64,000 nt of DNA from Azolla caroliniana. Lineage: Eukaryota; Plantae; Polypodiophyta. The notes under the pieces are model-generated. The model saw nothing but the letters and a program-made list of their open reading frames with translations, searched no databases and had not been told where the DNA came from. The position numbers and the translations under genes were made by a program. Shown here in pieces: positions 36,957 to 50,250 of this stretch. The DNA is taken from the NCBI GenBank assembly GCA_043228905.1, contig JBHGNT010000015.1:19778001-19842000 (forward strand). Reading direction: 5' to 3'. The first letter of the stretch is position 1. Every line of letters begins with the position of its first letter.

Positions 36957-38786
36957 TTAGCTAGTGTGGTGAACCTTGTCCATGCCATAGACATGGATCG
37001 GAATGCCCTCCATGCGTGCTTTAAGTTGCAATGCTAGAACTAGAGAATAGTGACGAGACTGATGGAGGTTACCCCCATGGAACCATAGGGCTTGTTGTTG
37101 AGTCGGTTTCCACATGTTTCGAAGCTCGCGTTCCCATGGACCAGGATCCTTGTTAGTATCTGATCCTAAGCCCCAACACTTGCCAACCTTGTCCGCCACT
37201 TCTCGAGAAATAAGCTTGGCTGCCCATTCATTCATGCAACCATACCCAGTCGCATACACAACTAAATCGGCCTCAACTTCAGTGTTGTCGCTCAACACCA
37301 CACTCCTCTCTTTCATTTCCTTCAATGTTATCCCACTCTTTAGGTTGATCTCACCTTTTATCACGAGATCCGATGCACCCACATCAATGTAATACCCTGA
37401 CCCCCGTCGGAGGTACTTCATAAACAACCCTGACCCATCATCCCCAAAGTCCAGCATGAACCCCACTCTCTTAAGGTCATCATAGAACTTTGCGTCGATT
37501 TCGGCAGTTCTTTTGTAGCGTTCTATGGCGGATCTATGCATGATTTTATATGGCACTGAAGCAAAAAGAAGATCAGCATCTTCGGTAGTGTATTTCGAAC
37601 CTTCATGGTAGAACGAACCCTCCGCGATGGGCATAGTTTGTGTGCGCAACACATGGGTAGAAGACCTTTGAAGCATGGTCACTCGAGCAGCCCCACACTC
37701 CCACAGATCAGCACATATATCGTGTGCGGAATTATTTGATCCCACGACAACGCATTGCTTCCCATTCCATCCTTGGCCACCTATGTGTTGGCTAGAATGA
37801 CATTGTACACCTTGGAAGTTTTCGGAGCCCGGGAGGACGGGCACATTGGGGAAACCAGACAAGCCAGTTGCCAGCACCAGGTGCTTAGGGTAGAGCAAAA
37901 TCTCCAGGCCTTCTTTGTTGACCAATACTTCCCAGTTTTCTTCGATGGGGTCGAACCGGGCAGATATGCACTCCGTGGAGCCCCAATACACAAGCTCCAT
38001 GATGAGGGTATATGCTTCGAGCCAATCGCCGAGCTTGTCTTTCGGAGAGAACACTGGCCAATGGTCAGGAAAAGGGATGTAAGGCATGTGGTCATACCAC
38101 ACAGAGTCATGGAGGCATAAGGATCTGTATCGGTTGCGCCACGAATCACCAGGACGCTTGTTCTTCTCAACGATGATGGTCGGGACACGGAGGCGGCGAA
38201 GCCTAGCACCGAGGGCAATCCCAGCTTGTCCGCCCCCAACCACAAGACAGTATGGTTGGGTAGAGGGGGTGCGGCCGAGGTGCGACAATTCATCATGCCT
38301 CTTGTCGAGCCATGTCTGGCGGCCCCCACGGCAGGCACCATGGACTACGCCGAGTTCGCGCCGGGGTCCGGCCAGCTCTTCGTGGCCTTTGAGCTCTAGC
38401 ATGGAGGTGAGGAGGCACCAGCATTTTCCATCTCGTAACTTGAGGTGTCCGCGGCCGCGCGCGATGGGAGTCTCAAAGGTGAAGAAGGCTTGGATGAGGC
38501 CATGGGGATGGGAGGTGAGGTCTTCCACTTCACCTTGGAGCCTGCAAGAGGAGGGAGGGTGGATGTTGTCACAATCGATGAGAGTGGATTGGAGCATGTC
38601 TCGGATCTCTTGTTGGGATTCGGCCGTGTAGATGTTCCATGTGAAGGTCAGGAGGTCTCTCCAGAAGCATTCCTCAGGGAGGAAGAGTTGGGTTGCAGCC
38701 TCCACGTCTCTTTGGAGCAGGGCAGCTTCAAAGCTACTCAGCCAAGCATTCACCTCCTCTTCAGCCAGGGCCATAGCCATAGCCAT
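36957..38786 (-). CDS. Type II flavin-containing monooxygenase (bacterial-type), copy 3, intronless
   Basis: Uninterrupted ORF, first ATG 38786. Keeps consensus-like SLCLHDSVWYDH, KYLRRGSGYYID and LWFHGGNLHQSRHYS. Confidence 0.92.
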   Translation of the reverse strand: MAMAMALAEEEVNAWLSSFEAALLQRDVEAATQLFLPEECFWRDLLTFTWNIYTAESQQEIRDMLQSTLIDCDNIHPPSSCRLQGEVEDLTSHPHGLIQAFFTFETPIARGRGHLKLRDGKCWCLLTSMLELKGHEELAGPRRELGVVHGACRGGRQTWLDKRHDELSHLGRTPSTQPYCLVVGGGQAGIALGARLRRLRVPTIIVEKNKRPGDSWRNRYRSLCLHDSVWYDHMPYIPFPDHWPVFSPKDKLGDWLEAYTLIMELVYWGSTECISARFDPIEENWEVLVNKEGLEILLYPKHLVLATGLSGFPNVPVLPGSENFQGVQCHSSQHIGGQGWNGKQCVVVGSNNSAHDICADLWECGAARVTMLQRSSTHVLRTQTMPIAEGSFYHEGSKYTTEDADLLFASVPYKIMHRSAIERYKRTAEIDAKFYDDLKRVGFMLDFGDDGSGLFMKYLRRGSGYYIDVGASDLVIKGEINLKSGITLKEMKERSVVLSDNTEVEADLVVYATGYGCMNEWAAKLISREVADKVGKCWGLGSDTNKDPGPWERELRNMWKPTQQQALWFHGGNLHQSRHYSLVLALQLKARMEGIPIHVYGMDKVHHTS

Positions 38787-38794
38787 AGCCACTC

Positions 38795-38842
<48 letters not shown>

Positions 38843-40124
38843 CTAGATGGGCATATTTCTTACATGCCATCTATGTGCACAGTACTCTCTTATCTCTTTT
38901 TTTTGGGTAAAAGTATGTATTCTCTTATCTCTTTCTTCATTTTCTTCTTTCGTGGACACTTTTTTTATGTGTGTATTTTTCCCTTTTCGAGAATTACACC
39001 TTTTGTCATAAGGAAATGAGAAGGCTTGTGTGGGGATATGCTCACTTTTAGGACATGGTAGTGGTAAGTTTGTGAAACAATCATTGATAATATGTACATC
39101 AGGTCTTTACTGTTGGGCGATAGCAAAGGAGCATCAGTAAAGTCATGACAAGCTGTCAACTGCTTAATGAGAGAATATTGTGACATTCACTTCATTAGAA
39201 GTTTTTTCTAGGGCCACATCATCTACTCTTAATTTCCTCAAAGATGCCCATTAAAAAGGGATGAATAATTATATGCCATAAGATGTCATGAATTTACCAC
39301 AAGTGTGAATCAACTTTGCAACTACATACATTTGATTAATTAAGTGGAGAGGCATTCGTTTTGCAAAAAATTAACCTCCCAATAACAATGGCAAATGTCT
39401 TCCAATTATGTAACTGCAGTTTTCAACCACTGACTGAAACGATTGCATGATGCCCATAACATGACACATGAAAGCTCCTCTGAACATAAAAAGGCTCAAA
39501 CGAAAGACAGAATGAGCTCAAATGCGGAGAGACAAAACACGACCATCACATCTACCCATCTAAGACTAACAGTCCAACTCAAGTCACAAGCTATTTACAC
39601 ATCTTTTGTAAACCCAACATGAAAGAGTTACATGGGAGGATAGTTATGCCAAACAAAAACTACCAGAATTGTATCAGAAACTTAACGCATTCTAGCTCAC
39701 TAAGAAATACAAATCACAATGCCAACTAGTTGTTGAGACACCACTTGCATACGTCAAATCAAAGTCGACAAAGAAATTGTCCAAAGGACAATGTATTGTT
39801 CTAATAATTGAGTATTAATTAGGCTTTCATTGATTGTGCAAATAAGCATGGAAAATTACCATTTTCTTGGAAACCCTACACAACAGGATTTGTGCACATA
39901 AAAATAAATTGTGAAAGAGTTGAGGGTGGATTTTCTTTATAATTCACCAAACTCAAAATAGCAAAAGATAATTTAATATTGGCGCTGAAGATTTCTCTTG
40001 TACTAGATAAACCTTCAACACATCTTCTGTTATCATTTCAATTGCCTTTCGCAACACAAGCAATGGTGCACACACATGCATCCATACTTGCATGCGTAAA
40101 AATGTTACATCAATATACACTATA

Positions 40125-40680
40125 CTAGGATGAAGAGCCAAAATTCAGCTCATATTTTGAGCAGAGTAGTGGGCAAGCATTGATTTACCTCGAAGTAGCT
40201 AAAATATCTCCACAATTCCATGAATTTACAAAACCTCCGGATCAAGATCAAGGGAACAGCCATGAAAATCAACTCATCAATTAAAGAATTGCCTAGATGA
40301 AAGATTTGGAGATTGCCTCAGCGGAAGCTTTCCTGTTCTCAATCTCTTACATGCCTGAAGATGAAGAGCCAAAATTTCAGCTCCTATTTTGAGCGGAGAC
40401 AACAGAAACTATGCTAGAATGAAGAGCTAGAATTCAGCTCAGATTTTCAGCAGAATAGAAGACAAGTGTTGATTTACCTCCGCTTGTCTTCTATCCAGCT
40501 GAAAATATCTCCACAATTCCATGACTTTACACAACATTGGGATCAAGATCAAGGGAACAACCATGAAAATATTTGGGACTAAATTCCACATCACCTCACC
40601 TATTAAAGAATCGCCTAGGTGAAATATTCGGAGATTGCCTCAGCGGAAGCTCACCTGTTCTCGATCTCTTACTTGCCTGA
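40125..40680. repeat. Tandem duplication of the CPL terminal exon and 3' UTR
   Basis: aaaatatctccacaattccatga..ggatcaagatcaagggaaca..gagattgcctcagcggaagct..atctcttac.tgcctga occurs at ~40200-40358 and ~40502-40680. Confidence 0.85.
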
Positions 40681-42297
40681 GGAGGAGATCTATAAATAAT
40701 AAGAGCATCAATATCATGACTTATGACCTAGCTTTCATAATCTTATGGAGATCTGTTTTTATATGCAAAGGACAAACCACTTCTGGCTTTTTTTATATTT
40801 CCCAGAACACCCTCCACGCCTTCAAATATTTTACAAAAATATTCCAGTACTAGTAAATTTTTTAATTACAAAAGGGTATTCTGGTAACTTTTAGTCCTAT
40901 CAGCCAAATAAGTTACGAATATTTTGGTGTTTTCCCCAACATATTAAACTGAGCTTGCCTGTGGGAAGGGAATTGTCGAGTAGGGATACGATGGTGGCCA
41001 TCTATCCTCACACGTCTTAGTGCCTCATCTGCTGCCTGCATAAGACAAGAATTATTAACATCTGGATAAAATGAACATGACCTCCCTGAGAAGTTAAGAA
41101 AATAAGAACTTTTGGCATCTGAATAATAAGAATATGAACTTCTTTGGAAGACTAGCTTTTGGTATCTGAGTGAAAAGTGCATTTAACTGATTTAGAAGAC
41201 TAACTTTTGGATCTTGAACAAGCAATGAACTTGCTTAGAAGTGTTTAGACTAGTCATCTGGACTTACAAATCCCATGGCCATGAAGGAAACTTTTGGAAT
41301 AAGTTAACAGGTAAAATCATGAAGACATGGTTGCCATTAAAGGCTTCCAGTTGTAAGTAGTGGTAATAAGAACCTGTTGCTTGGCCTCCTCCCATGTCCA
41401 GCCATTGCCATTTCCCATTGGTCGGCCAGCAACCTCGACCTATTATTGAGATGAAAACATGAAAAACAATCAGAAACTCCACAAACTTGAGAATTGAATG
41501 AACCATTTTTATTTATTATGATACCTGACACACAAATCCTTGAAGATGATGTTCCAAAGAAGCAAGGACTGGCGATAAATCATTGAAACAGACACTAATC
41601 CCTTCCATGTTGCACTGGCAAATTAAATATAGAATAAATTTGACTTAAATATGAATGTAAACCACAATTCTTCTCATATTTTAATAGGCTAGTGCCCTTG
41701 TTGTTTGATCTAGCCTCACACAAACTCAAAGATAAACTGACCAACAAATGATTACATACACACACAGAATAACCTTGAATAACTAAATAACAGAGCCCAA
41801 AGAACAAGACTTACATATTCTCTCAAAGCAGTGACAGAATTATATTCTCTGTTGGACTCCTGAAGATGTTGGGTTTCCATAAGGTTTGATCGACCTGAGG
41901 TCCTAAGAAAGGGTCCATTTTCAGCAATTGGTGTTGATGATAAGGCAGCAAAATACCGAGGAGCTCTAGTCCTCAAACTTGTAAAAGAGTCGTCATGAAC
42001 ATTCGTGAATCGTCCTTGTCCATGTGTGTGAGTATTTTGCATATACCGAGCGAAGAAATTACCTACCAGAAAGCAGTCAGTGTAACTCACTTCACAAATA
42101 AAAACACATGCATATCGCAATGCATATGTAGATTCTCACTTCTTGCCATAAACTGCAATGCACAATCAGCTGCTCTGTACTGGGCTTCTTTTCTACTACC
42201 ACCAATGCCCTCCCCAACCTTTTCCCTATCAAAGAACACCTGTGCAAAATCGTTTATTAACAAATAACCACAAAGAATCAAAACCTTGCCTAGAAGC

Positions 42298-42335
<38 letters not shown>

Positions 42336-42691
42336 CTGTGTGTCTGTGTGCATATATATATGAGTCACTTGAAATAGCTAAAAATTCTGATCTAAATTCC
42401 AAAAATTCCAGTCCAATACCTCAACAGAAAACTGCAAATCCTTTGTTGTATTCAGTAAAGCTTTGAACTCTACCTGAAACACAAAGCATATCATGATTTT
42501 CAATTATAATAAATAGCTGAGAAAAATGAAAGCAGGTCTGAAACTTTACATGTGTGTTATATTTATCTGCAAGATCCTGAAGGATAATCATAGGATTTTC
42601 CCTGTGAATTTCTGGGCTTGTTTTCATATGACCAGAGAAGATATCTTCACATCTTTGTCGCTGATCTACAGGATATGCCTGGTATACATAC

Positions 42692-42722
<31 letters not shown>

Positions 42723-43706
42723 GGAAGTAGAAGAAGAAAGGACATTCAATTATTTCTGTTAATTAATAGTTTATAAGAATACTTCAATCATAATCACCCT
42801 TGAACAACTTTCGACATGCTATTGTTACCTCTCTCGAAACATCCTTGCTTGAAAGCTTTGCAGCCATAAGGGCAGGATTATCTTGATTGCTATAAAATGA
42901 GCTTTCACTTTGACGAGAGATCGCAGGAAATGCTGCCATCCAATCATCAGTAGTCTCTGGAAGGGAAGATTTTGAGAATCCTAATGCCTCAGTAACTGGC
43001 AATGCTGAAACTTTTCCCTGGGATTTATGTTGATGTTCAATATCTTGTCCATGTAACATAATGAGCTGCCTATTGTGAATGTCTTTATTCAATTCAGACT
43101 CAGGAAACTCCCTGTGGTTTGGAAATACTGGCCTTCGAAATGGATCATTAGATAGGTATGGTTGGGGTAGCATAATGGAAGCTTTTCCTGAGTCATTTAC
43201 TGAAGAGTGAGCACCAAGTTTCTCGTTGTTCAAAGCTTTATTCATGTAGGGTTGGGGTTCTTTCATTATGGCTGCTGAAACCATTTGCATCTGTTGACTA
43301 AACCCTTGTCCTTCCCTTTGGGAAACCTGTTAAATATCCGTTTCTTCATCAATATGTAGAGAGCATTGTCCATAAGTTATAAGAAAACTTATAAGAGTTA
43401 CCTCTTCTAATCTCTTCTTGTTTCCTAATTCAAGCTTGCTACCACTATCCTGTTTATTACCATTGATAAAATCAGTTTGAACATTTGATTCTTCCTGCAC
43501 ATAAAGGACAGTTTAATCACAAACGTCCGAGAAAGACAGTACAAAGAAAAAGGGTTTTGCTTGTTGCAACCTCTCCAATTAGATATTTACTAAGCGTAGG
43601 TGGATGGGGCAAGGTTGGAATATCTGCATCATAATCAACCCCTGCCATCTCCTTCAATAAGCCCTCATCAAAGTCCCTATATATATGCAACAGACATAGC
43701 CTCAAT

Positions 43707-43737
<31 letters not shown>

Positions 43738-46700
43738 AAGAAAGTTATATTAGCATCCTGTGGAGGTGAACTTGACAAACAGCACAAGACTGGTGGTAAA
43801 TCCAGTATCCATTACATTCCACTCAGAGTGCCAAATGACATGAACAGAAAACAAAAGTGGTCAGTAAAAAAAATCCTCAAACATGAATACAATATGACTA
43901 AATTCAAGGGGGGAAATGTGATGCTTCCTTATATTTTTTAGAATACTTTGAAGATTTCTACACTTTATAAACTGCCCAAATTCCTTTCTTCTTGCTTCTT
44001 TGACTGTCTATTTCTTTCTTCTTATTCATGAGCAGCTGGGGAGTGATTTAATCCACTATCCAAACAGATGTGCACATAAGTGACTTTGTTTGTTTCATGA
44101 CGTCAATCTTTTGTTCCATATCTAGGCAACACATATCTATTATTTAGCATCCCGGAAAGGTCAGAAACATTCTCATTGGGACCCAAAAATAGCGTTTCAA
44201 GACTGTCTCCTCTGGTGATGCAGAGGGTGTAAGGTGTGGCCACACATTGGTTGTGTATTTTTTTAAGATGACTACTGTGCTTGAGTAGAGAGAAAACATT
44301 TCTGCCTAAGAAACACACCTTGGTGCTTCTAACTTGAAGTTGTGCAAGGTTCATGCATGCGGTAATCATTGGTAGGGAGCAACCCTGAAAGATCAGAAAC
44401 ATTGTCATTGGAACCCAAAAACGCATTACAAGACACTCTCCTCTGGTAGTGCAGAGGGTGTAAGGTGTAGCCACACATTGGTCATGAATTTTATTAGGAT
44501 GACTACAATGCTTAAGTAGAGAGAACATTTTTTCCTAAGAAACACAGATTGGTGCATCTAACTTAAGGAAGTTGTGCAAGGTTGGTGCATGTAGTAATCA
44601 TTCGTGGGGAGCATTGTCGGGTGGTTTGAGGAACAATTAGCATCTTAGTTTGAGTTATTCCTCATGTTTGATCTCCAAATTAGGTATGTGCGTCCTCCCA
44701 AAGCTCCGTTCTCCATTTCAAGACCATAAATGCAACTGCAGAGGAGGCTAATTGCATGGGGATGGGAAGACATGTGTTGTGTATGTCCCATCATTCCTTG
44801 TAGGTATCCCACCATGTTGGGTTTATGCGAGTCTAAGTTGCAATTCACTTGTCTTGGCATACTAGTTCCTTCTGTCTGTGAGCACATCAACAAGGCATGA
44901 TTTGATTTCTTCCATGAAAATACCATCAGCGTGCAGCCCAAGTGGTTTATCACAACCATTTTTGTGTCATATGCCTAGCCAGAAAGAGAAGTTTCCTTCT
45001 ATCTTACTTCTGAGTTTTGCTACTGAGTCCCAAGCTCGGATTGGTAAGGCTGTGTGCCTCTGTATCCTCTACTTTAGCCACATACTTGTGGACTCTCATC
45101 AAGCATTTTAGTTTGATGGGTCTCAACCCATTTCAAGACGAGATAAAGTATGGCATGGTCGCCTGGAACCCAAGGTGGTGCAATAGAAACATCATTTATA
45201 CCTTATCAATGTCATTCAATCTAGACGGGGGTATATTTCCACCCCATACCTCCAAAGAGGCCAAACAATTGCATATGAGAAAATATGTTAGTGCGCTTCA
45301 ATTGGAACTATAAAGTTAACTTGTCACATGACTATTATTTCTTGGGATATATTAGTTAGGTGATCCTAGGATTAAGCTAATTGTACGTCTTTGGAATTTT
45401 AGGAAACCAAACCTATATTCTAACCTGTGAAAAGGGTTCATTCACTCGAATAGTTTGTCACTTAAGAACATTGGACCTAGGGGCTGGGCACAACATGAAT
45501 GTATACAAGGAAAAACTATGCAAGTGATGACATGGTTTCAAATTTTGAAATGGAATGGCATGAACCCCAATGATAAATTTTAACATTGATATTAAAAACG
45601 AGGTTGTTCATTTTAATAGTTATAAGGTCTGAGAAAAGCAGCAATAATTTGACATATGTTGTAGAGGCCTCCCCAAGCTAGAACTCTTACTCTCATCTTA
45701 TGAATGCTTCCAATGATTATTACTTGGAAGAAAGCTGATTATGGTTACAGATGTTTATTACCACCCTGAAAGATTGTTCGAGCTGGTTTCAAAACTATTA
45801 AGCAAATGAGAAGCTACCAAACAAAGTTATATGAGATTTCTGTGGTACCTGAAAAAGCCAGCACGCACATCAGATGCCACATTTCTTGCAACACAGAGAA
45901 TTGGCATCGGGATGTTTACCTGTGAATAAAGGAGAGCATATCAGAGATCTTGTGGACAACACTATGTTTATATATACAATACACCTGATGAGAGCTTCTA
46001 ATACCAAAATTTGTGCACCTCAGCCTGTGGATCATAGTAAGGTGCAAACGCAGGCACAACATGAACATGAGATTGATCCCTATCCTCCCAAACTTTGAGT
46101 CGATCATCAATCACCATCGCCATACTTGGATGACAATTACCGCTCACAAATACATTTGCGAGTGACTTCTTTGAGGCTGATTCACATTTAATCATGAACT
46201 TAAACATCTTCTCCCATAGGACTGTAAAAAAATGATTTACAGTAGGGTTGATATTTTCTATTTTCTACCTGACTTTACACAGACAACCCGCTGTAAGACG
46301 TCACTTTCTTTAATTAGTTGACTTTGAGGATCAAGCAATCTCCAAACTTCCAAGGCATATTCTCTTTCAGCCATTGTACAAACAAAGACCTCAAAACGTT
46401 TCCGACCTTTTGCAATCAAATATTCTCTCAGCTCCTCCCAAGCTGGACGTAACCGTACCAAAACACTTGTATCCCGTACCTGCGTAAAACTATCAGCGGA
46501 GTCATTGCAATTTGCAGTGCCTTCATCACCAAACATTATCTTCACCTAGTCCTCAAATACTCACATTTGGATTGATTCGAGTGAAAACCATGTTAGTATC
46601 CTGGAGTCTGACAATAGGACGCATGAGGGGAGAAGCACCTTCTGTAGACGAGGGCACAATCTCAATTTCCGCACTGATGTATTTGTCTGTTGCATTATCC

Positions 46701-49429
46701 CAAACGCGGTCATTATCAGCATACTGCCTCAACAAAGCCCTGTCTTGGATATACCGTCTTAGTTCCGCAGACATTACAGACAATTTCTGTGCATCTGTTT
46801 CACCCTTCAATTTGGAACCAAGTGCCTCTATACGATCTTCAAAAGACTTCAATGTGTTTGCAACAATCAATGTTTCATCTAGATCCAGTACTAGAGCAAG
46901 GCATCTCAGATTAAACATGGTCAAACAGGATCTATACAATCGAGGAGATAACACGAAACCCCAGAAACATGGGAAAAACTTTCTTCTACTGCTCATAGCA
47001 ACCAAGTGGATCTCTGACCCTCCAGATAATGGAATTACAGCACTCTGGAAAAAAAGGCCAATCACATAGAAATGTAAATTATTAATAGACTGAAACGCAG
47101 ATGTGATACACCTAAATTCATAGCAATACTACTGAGATATTTTCAGATGTTACATACCATCTATCCTACCAACTACTTAAAAACATCTGGAAAATGTCTA
47201 GCAGGACTTGTGCAATTTAGCTATTCCACAGTACAGGCAATTGTCTGCTTAAAAAGTTATCTACTCGTGCATAGTGATTATGGAAAATATATACATGAAA
47301 GCTATAAAACTGCATTAAAAGCCCTTAAATCGGAGATGAGTTCTCTTTCTGTTCTGAGATTCTGAGTTATGGCATTCCCAACTCTTGAAGAATATGAAAA
47401 ATGCATGAATATTGGAGAGCATCTTCTTTGGTTTGCTCAATAGAAAATATTTTGGCCAGTGTAAAGGGAGGCAATCGATATTTCTACTTTAAAAGTTCAA
47501 AGGGATTAAAGTCCAACAATAAATTAGCTTTGTTGTGATGTTTTTATATTAGTTGCAAATCCTATACTTCGAAGTATTTATGTGCCACTTGGCAACTTGA
47601 TGTGGATTGAGGGTCTTAAACAGAGACAAAAGTGCACTAGCATGTAAGATCCCCACCTGACCAGGACACAGGACTCATTACCAAGAAACACACTTGTTTT
47701 GCAACTAGATATAGCTATGACTTTTACTGGAGCTTCACAGACCAAGTCGTACATATTTGTGACAGCAGGGATTGACAACTAGACACAAAATAGCGCCTAC
47801 TTACAGGTTACTTACAGCTTCCTCACCTCATGGCAACACCATTGGTGCCCACTGATCCTACTTCAACACAGCTATTCAAACTCAACTATTAGAACTCACT
47901 CTTATTACATCATTTGGCACCCCCAAGTTGAATGTGACAGATACTAGGTATATAGTTTTGTACCAAAGGTCAGATTTAGAAGCCCGAGGATGTTAATGTA
48001 GATTTCTTTCTTCTTCTTTCTCTCCAATGCCCTAATCTTTGTTAGTCTCGTTAATCCCAGCTGCATAAATATCTGACATCATCATTTTTGTACTACGAGA
48101 TTATAGGATCATTCATTCCAATCATATCATTTGTGTACTGCCTTTGTATCATTTCAAATAGCAGATGGATATATGCTTAGGCTCCCTAGCTAGCTCTACA
48201 ACTTCAGCCTCTCTATTATTTACTTTTCACCTTTTTTTCAAAAAGACAAGACAATGATCACTAGCAACAGAAAAGATTCAATCTCCGCAACGGTATTCTC
48301 TTAGCTAACGAGAATATCCGCACTTTTTCTCAAAGAGCATAGAACCTACTTTGTTGCACATTCTAATCCAAATGCTTGGAAATACAGGAACCTTTGAAAT
48401 GTTTACTAATTTATTAATTTTTATTTTAGTTTGGACAAATAAATTGGACATAATGTCTTATTCAGTTTGGTATGCCATTTTGGCCTCCTAGGACATGTTA
48501 ATGTATCTTTGTTTCATTCTTTCACCCATGCATGCTAGAGAACCTCTACTTGTCCCGCATCTGCTGCCATTGCTTCGATACAACTTAGCTAACATTCTCT
48601 TCAATGTGGGACGTTGTGTTGTAGCATGGCAATGAGACTCATCGACTATGCAGGTTTTGCCCCAAACAAGTTCAGTCGTCTAAATAAATATCATGCTCTA
48701 CTGCAATGGTTCCAGCTTTGATCACAATCATGTTTGCTTTCCCCATATTTTCAACCCCGACCTATCCCTACACACGTTTTCTCATAGTCAACAGTGTACA
48801 ATCCCAATTCCAACATTCATCGGTGAGATTCATGAACATAAGGAGTCAGACAACTCCACACACTGCATGAAAAATGTTTCACGTTGGTCCGATAGGCAAT
48901 GCTTGGCCCATGGAGATGATAATGAAATCTGTCTCTCTATCTCTATCTCTATCTTCAATTGTCACCTTATAGGTTAAGATCATTATCATGGAACTTCAAG
49001 AAACCAAAAGCTTTTACTTTTGTTTCTGGTAACTTGAATTCACCGATATCCATAATCATGAATTGTCTCATACGCCTATTTCAGACTCTGGTAGATGTTA
49101 GTATAATTTTCTTTCTTTCTCACTCTCTGAACAACACGAGAAAAAAACCATACCTTGGATTCTGTGAGACACATGTTGTGCATTAATTCCAGTTTCTGTG
49201 TCTGTATTGCACGATTTGCAGGCTCCAGCTTGAACAACACACCCTCTTTTGCAATCATGTGAAGGACTACCAGTGGAGGGCAACGATCGCTACTGACTGA
49301 AAAGTTTGATATTCTAAGTTCTTTACCAGGTTCAAAGGGAAGATGATCCAAGCTCGGATTGATGAGTACATTGTCAAGAAATTCTTCTTTGTGATATAAA
49401 CCAATGAGGAAGCTACCATAGACTTTCAT
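40640..49429 (-). CDS. CPL1: RNA polymerase II CTD phosphatase-like 1/2 (FCP1-type phosphatase plus two dsRBDs)
   Basis: DLDETL motif, [27 protein letters not shown], two dsRBM signatures ([16 protein letters not shown]; [20 protein letters not shown]). Exons approx 49429-49154, 47044-46565, 46479-46269, 46176-46019, 45919-45849, 43676-43571, 43326-42829, 42678-42550, 42473-42420, 42239-42140, 42062-41815, 41614-41525, 41439-41374, 41035-40959, 40676-40640. Confidence 0.88.
44155..44612. repeat. ~232-bp tandem duplication in a CPL intron
   Basis: gaaag.tcagaaacatt.tcattgg.acccaaaaa..gcagagggtgtaaggtgt.gccacacattgg at 44155 and 44387. Confidence 0.88.
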
Positions 49430-50250
49430 TGTGGAAATGGTTCCAGGAAACTTCTCAATAGCGCTTCCAGAATCTTCTCATCCTCTCTGAAACTCTGCAA
49501 ATTTCAATTCCTGTTGGTCTTAAGGAGCAACATGCCACAGACTTTCATGGTGGAAACATTTCGCAGAAGCTTCTCAAGAAAACTTTCAGAACAAGTTCAT
49601 CTTCTTGCTGCAGAATTCAATTACTGTATGTCTTAAGAGATAACAATGCCGAAGTCTTCTACTTTTGGTGCATCTGAATTTGGACGAGAGATATATCTCA
49701 GACAGAAACTAATAGTTGCTTGTAACTCTTAAAGAGTAATAAAACACCATACATGTGCACTTTCAAAAATGTCAGACTTCTACTTTCTTGCATGTCTGAA
49801 GTAAAACGTCATTGATTTGTAGTTTCTGGTATGTCTTAAGAGAGCAAAATGACAAACAGTAGAAAACGTTTTCCGGTGGAAACACAGAAAACTTCTCAAA
49901 CAAAAGACTTCCAGAATCAACTCAACAGAGTGCGCAAGTCTGCAAAATATTATTCATTTGTATGATTCCCGACTTTCAAAGTGGAGACCCTTTCCTCATA
50001 GTTACCTTCTGAAAAGGGATCCTTTGAAAATCAGCTCAATCCTCGGAAATTATTTCTTATATGTCTTCAATAGACCAAAACGTCATATAATTTCATAGTG
50101 GAACACGTCTGAGGCGCGAGAAACTTTCAGAATCAACTCATTATCTATGACTATCTTGTATGCCTGAGAGATAGACAAACACCATAGAGTTTCACAGTAG
50201 AAACTTTCCCTCGGAAAGAAGAATGATTTTTCAAACAAGGTTCCTGAATC
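49417..50250. repeat. Degenerate ~115-120-bp tandem array that includes the CPL start-codon unit
   Basis: Recurring gactttca..gtggaaa, acttccagaatc and tatgtcttaagag blocks. Confidence 0.6.

Noticed and set aside
25144-38786. Bacterial contamination or an operon
   Set aside because: The genes are flanked by plant microsatellites, TEs and co-duplicated host introns, with no neighbouring bacterial genes.
44620-48900. Possible RTE/LINE remnants in CPL introns (~44620-45300 and ~48300-48900)
   Set aside because: Only faint motif hints (FTCLGI, QARIGKA), too decayed to call without a search.
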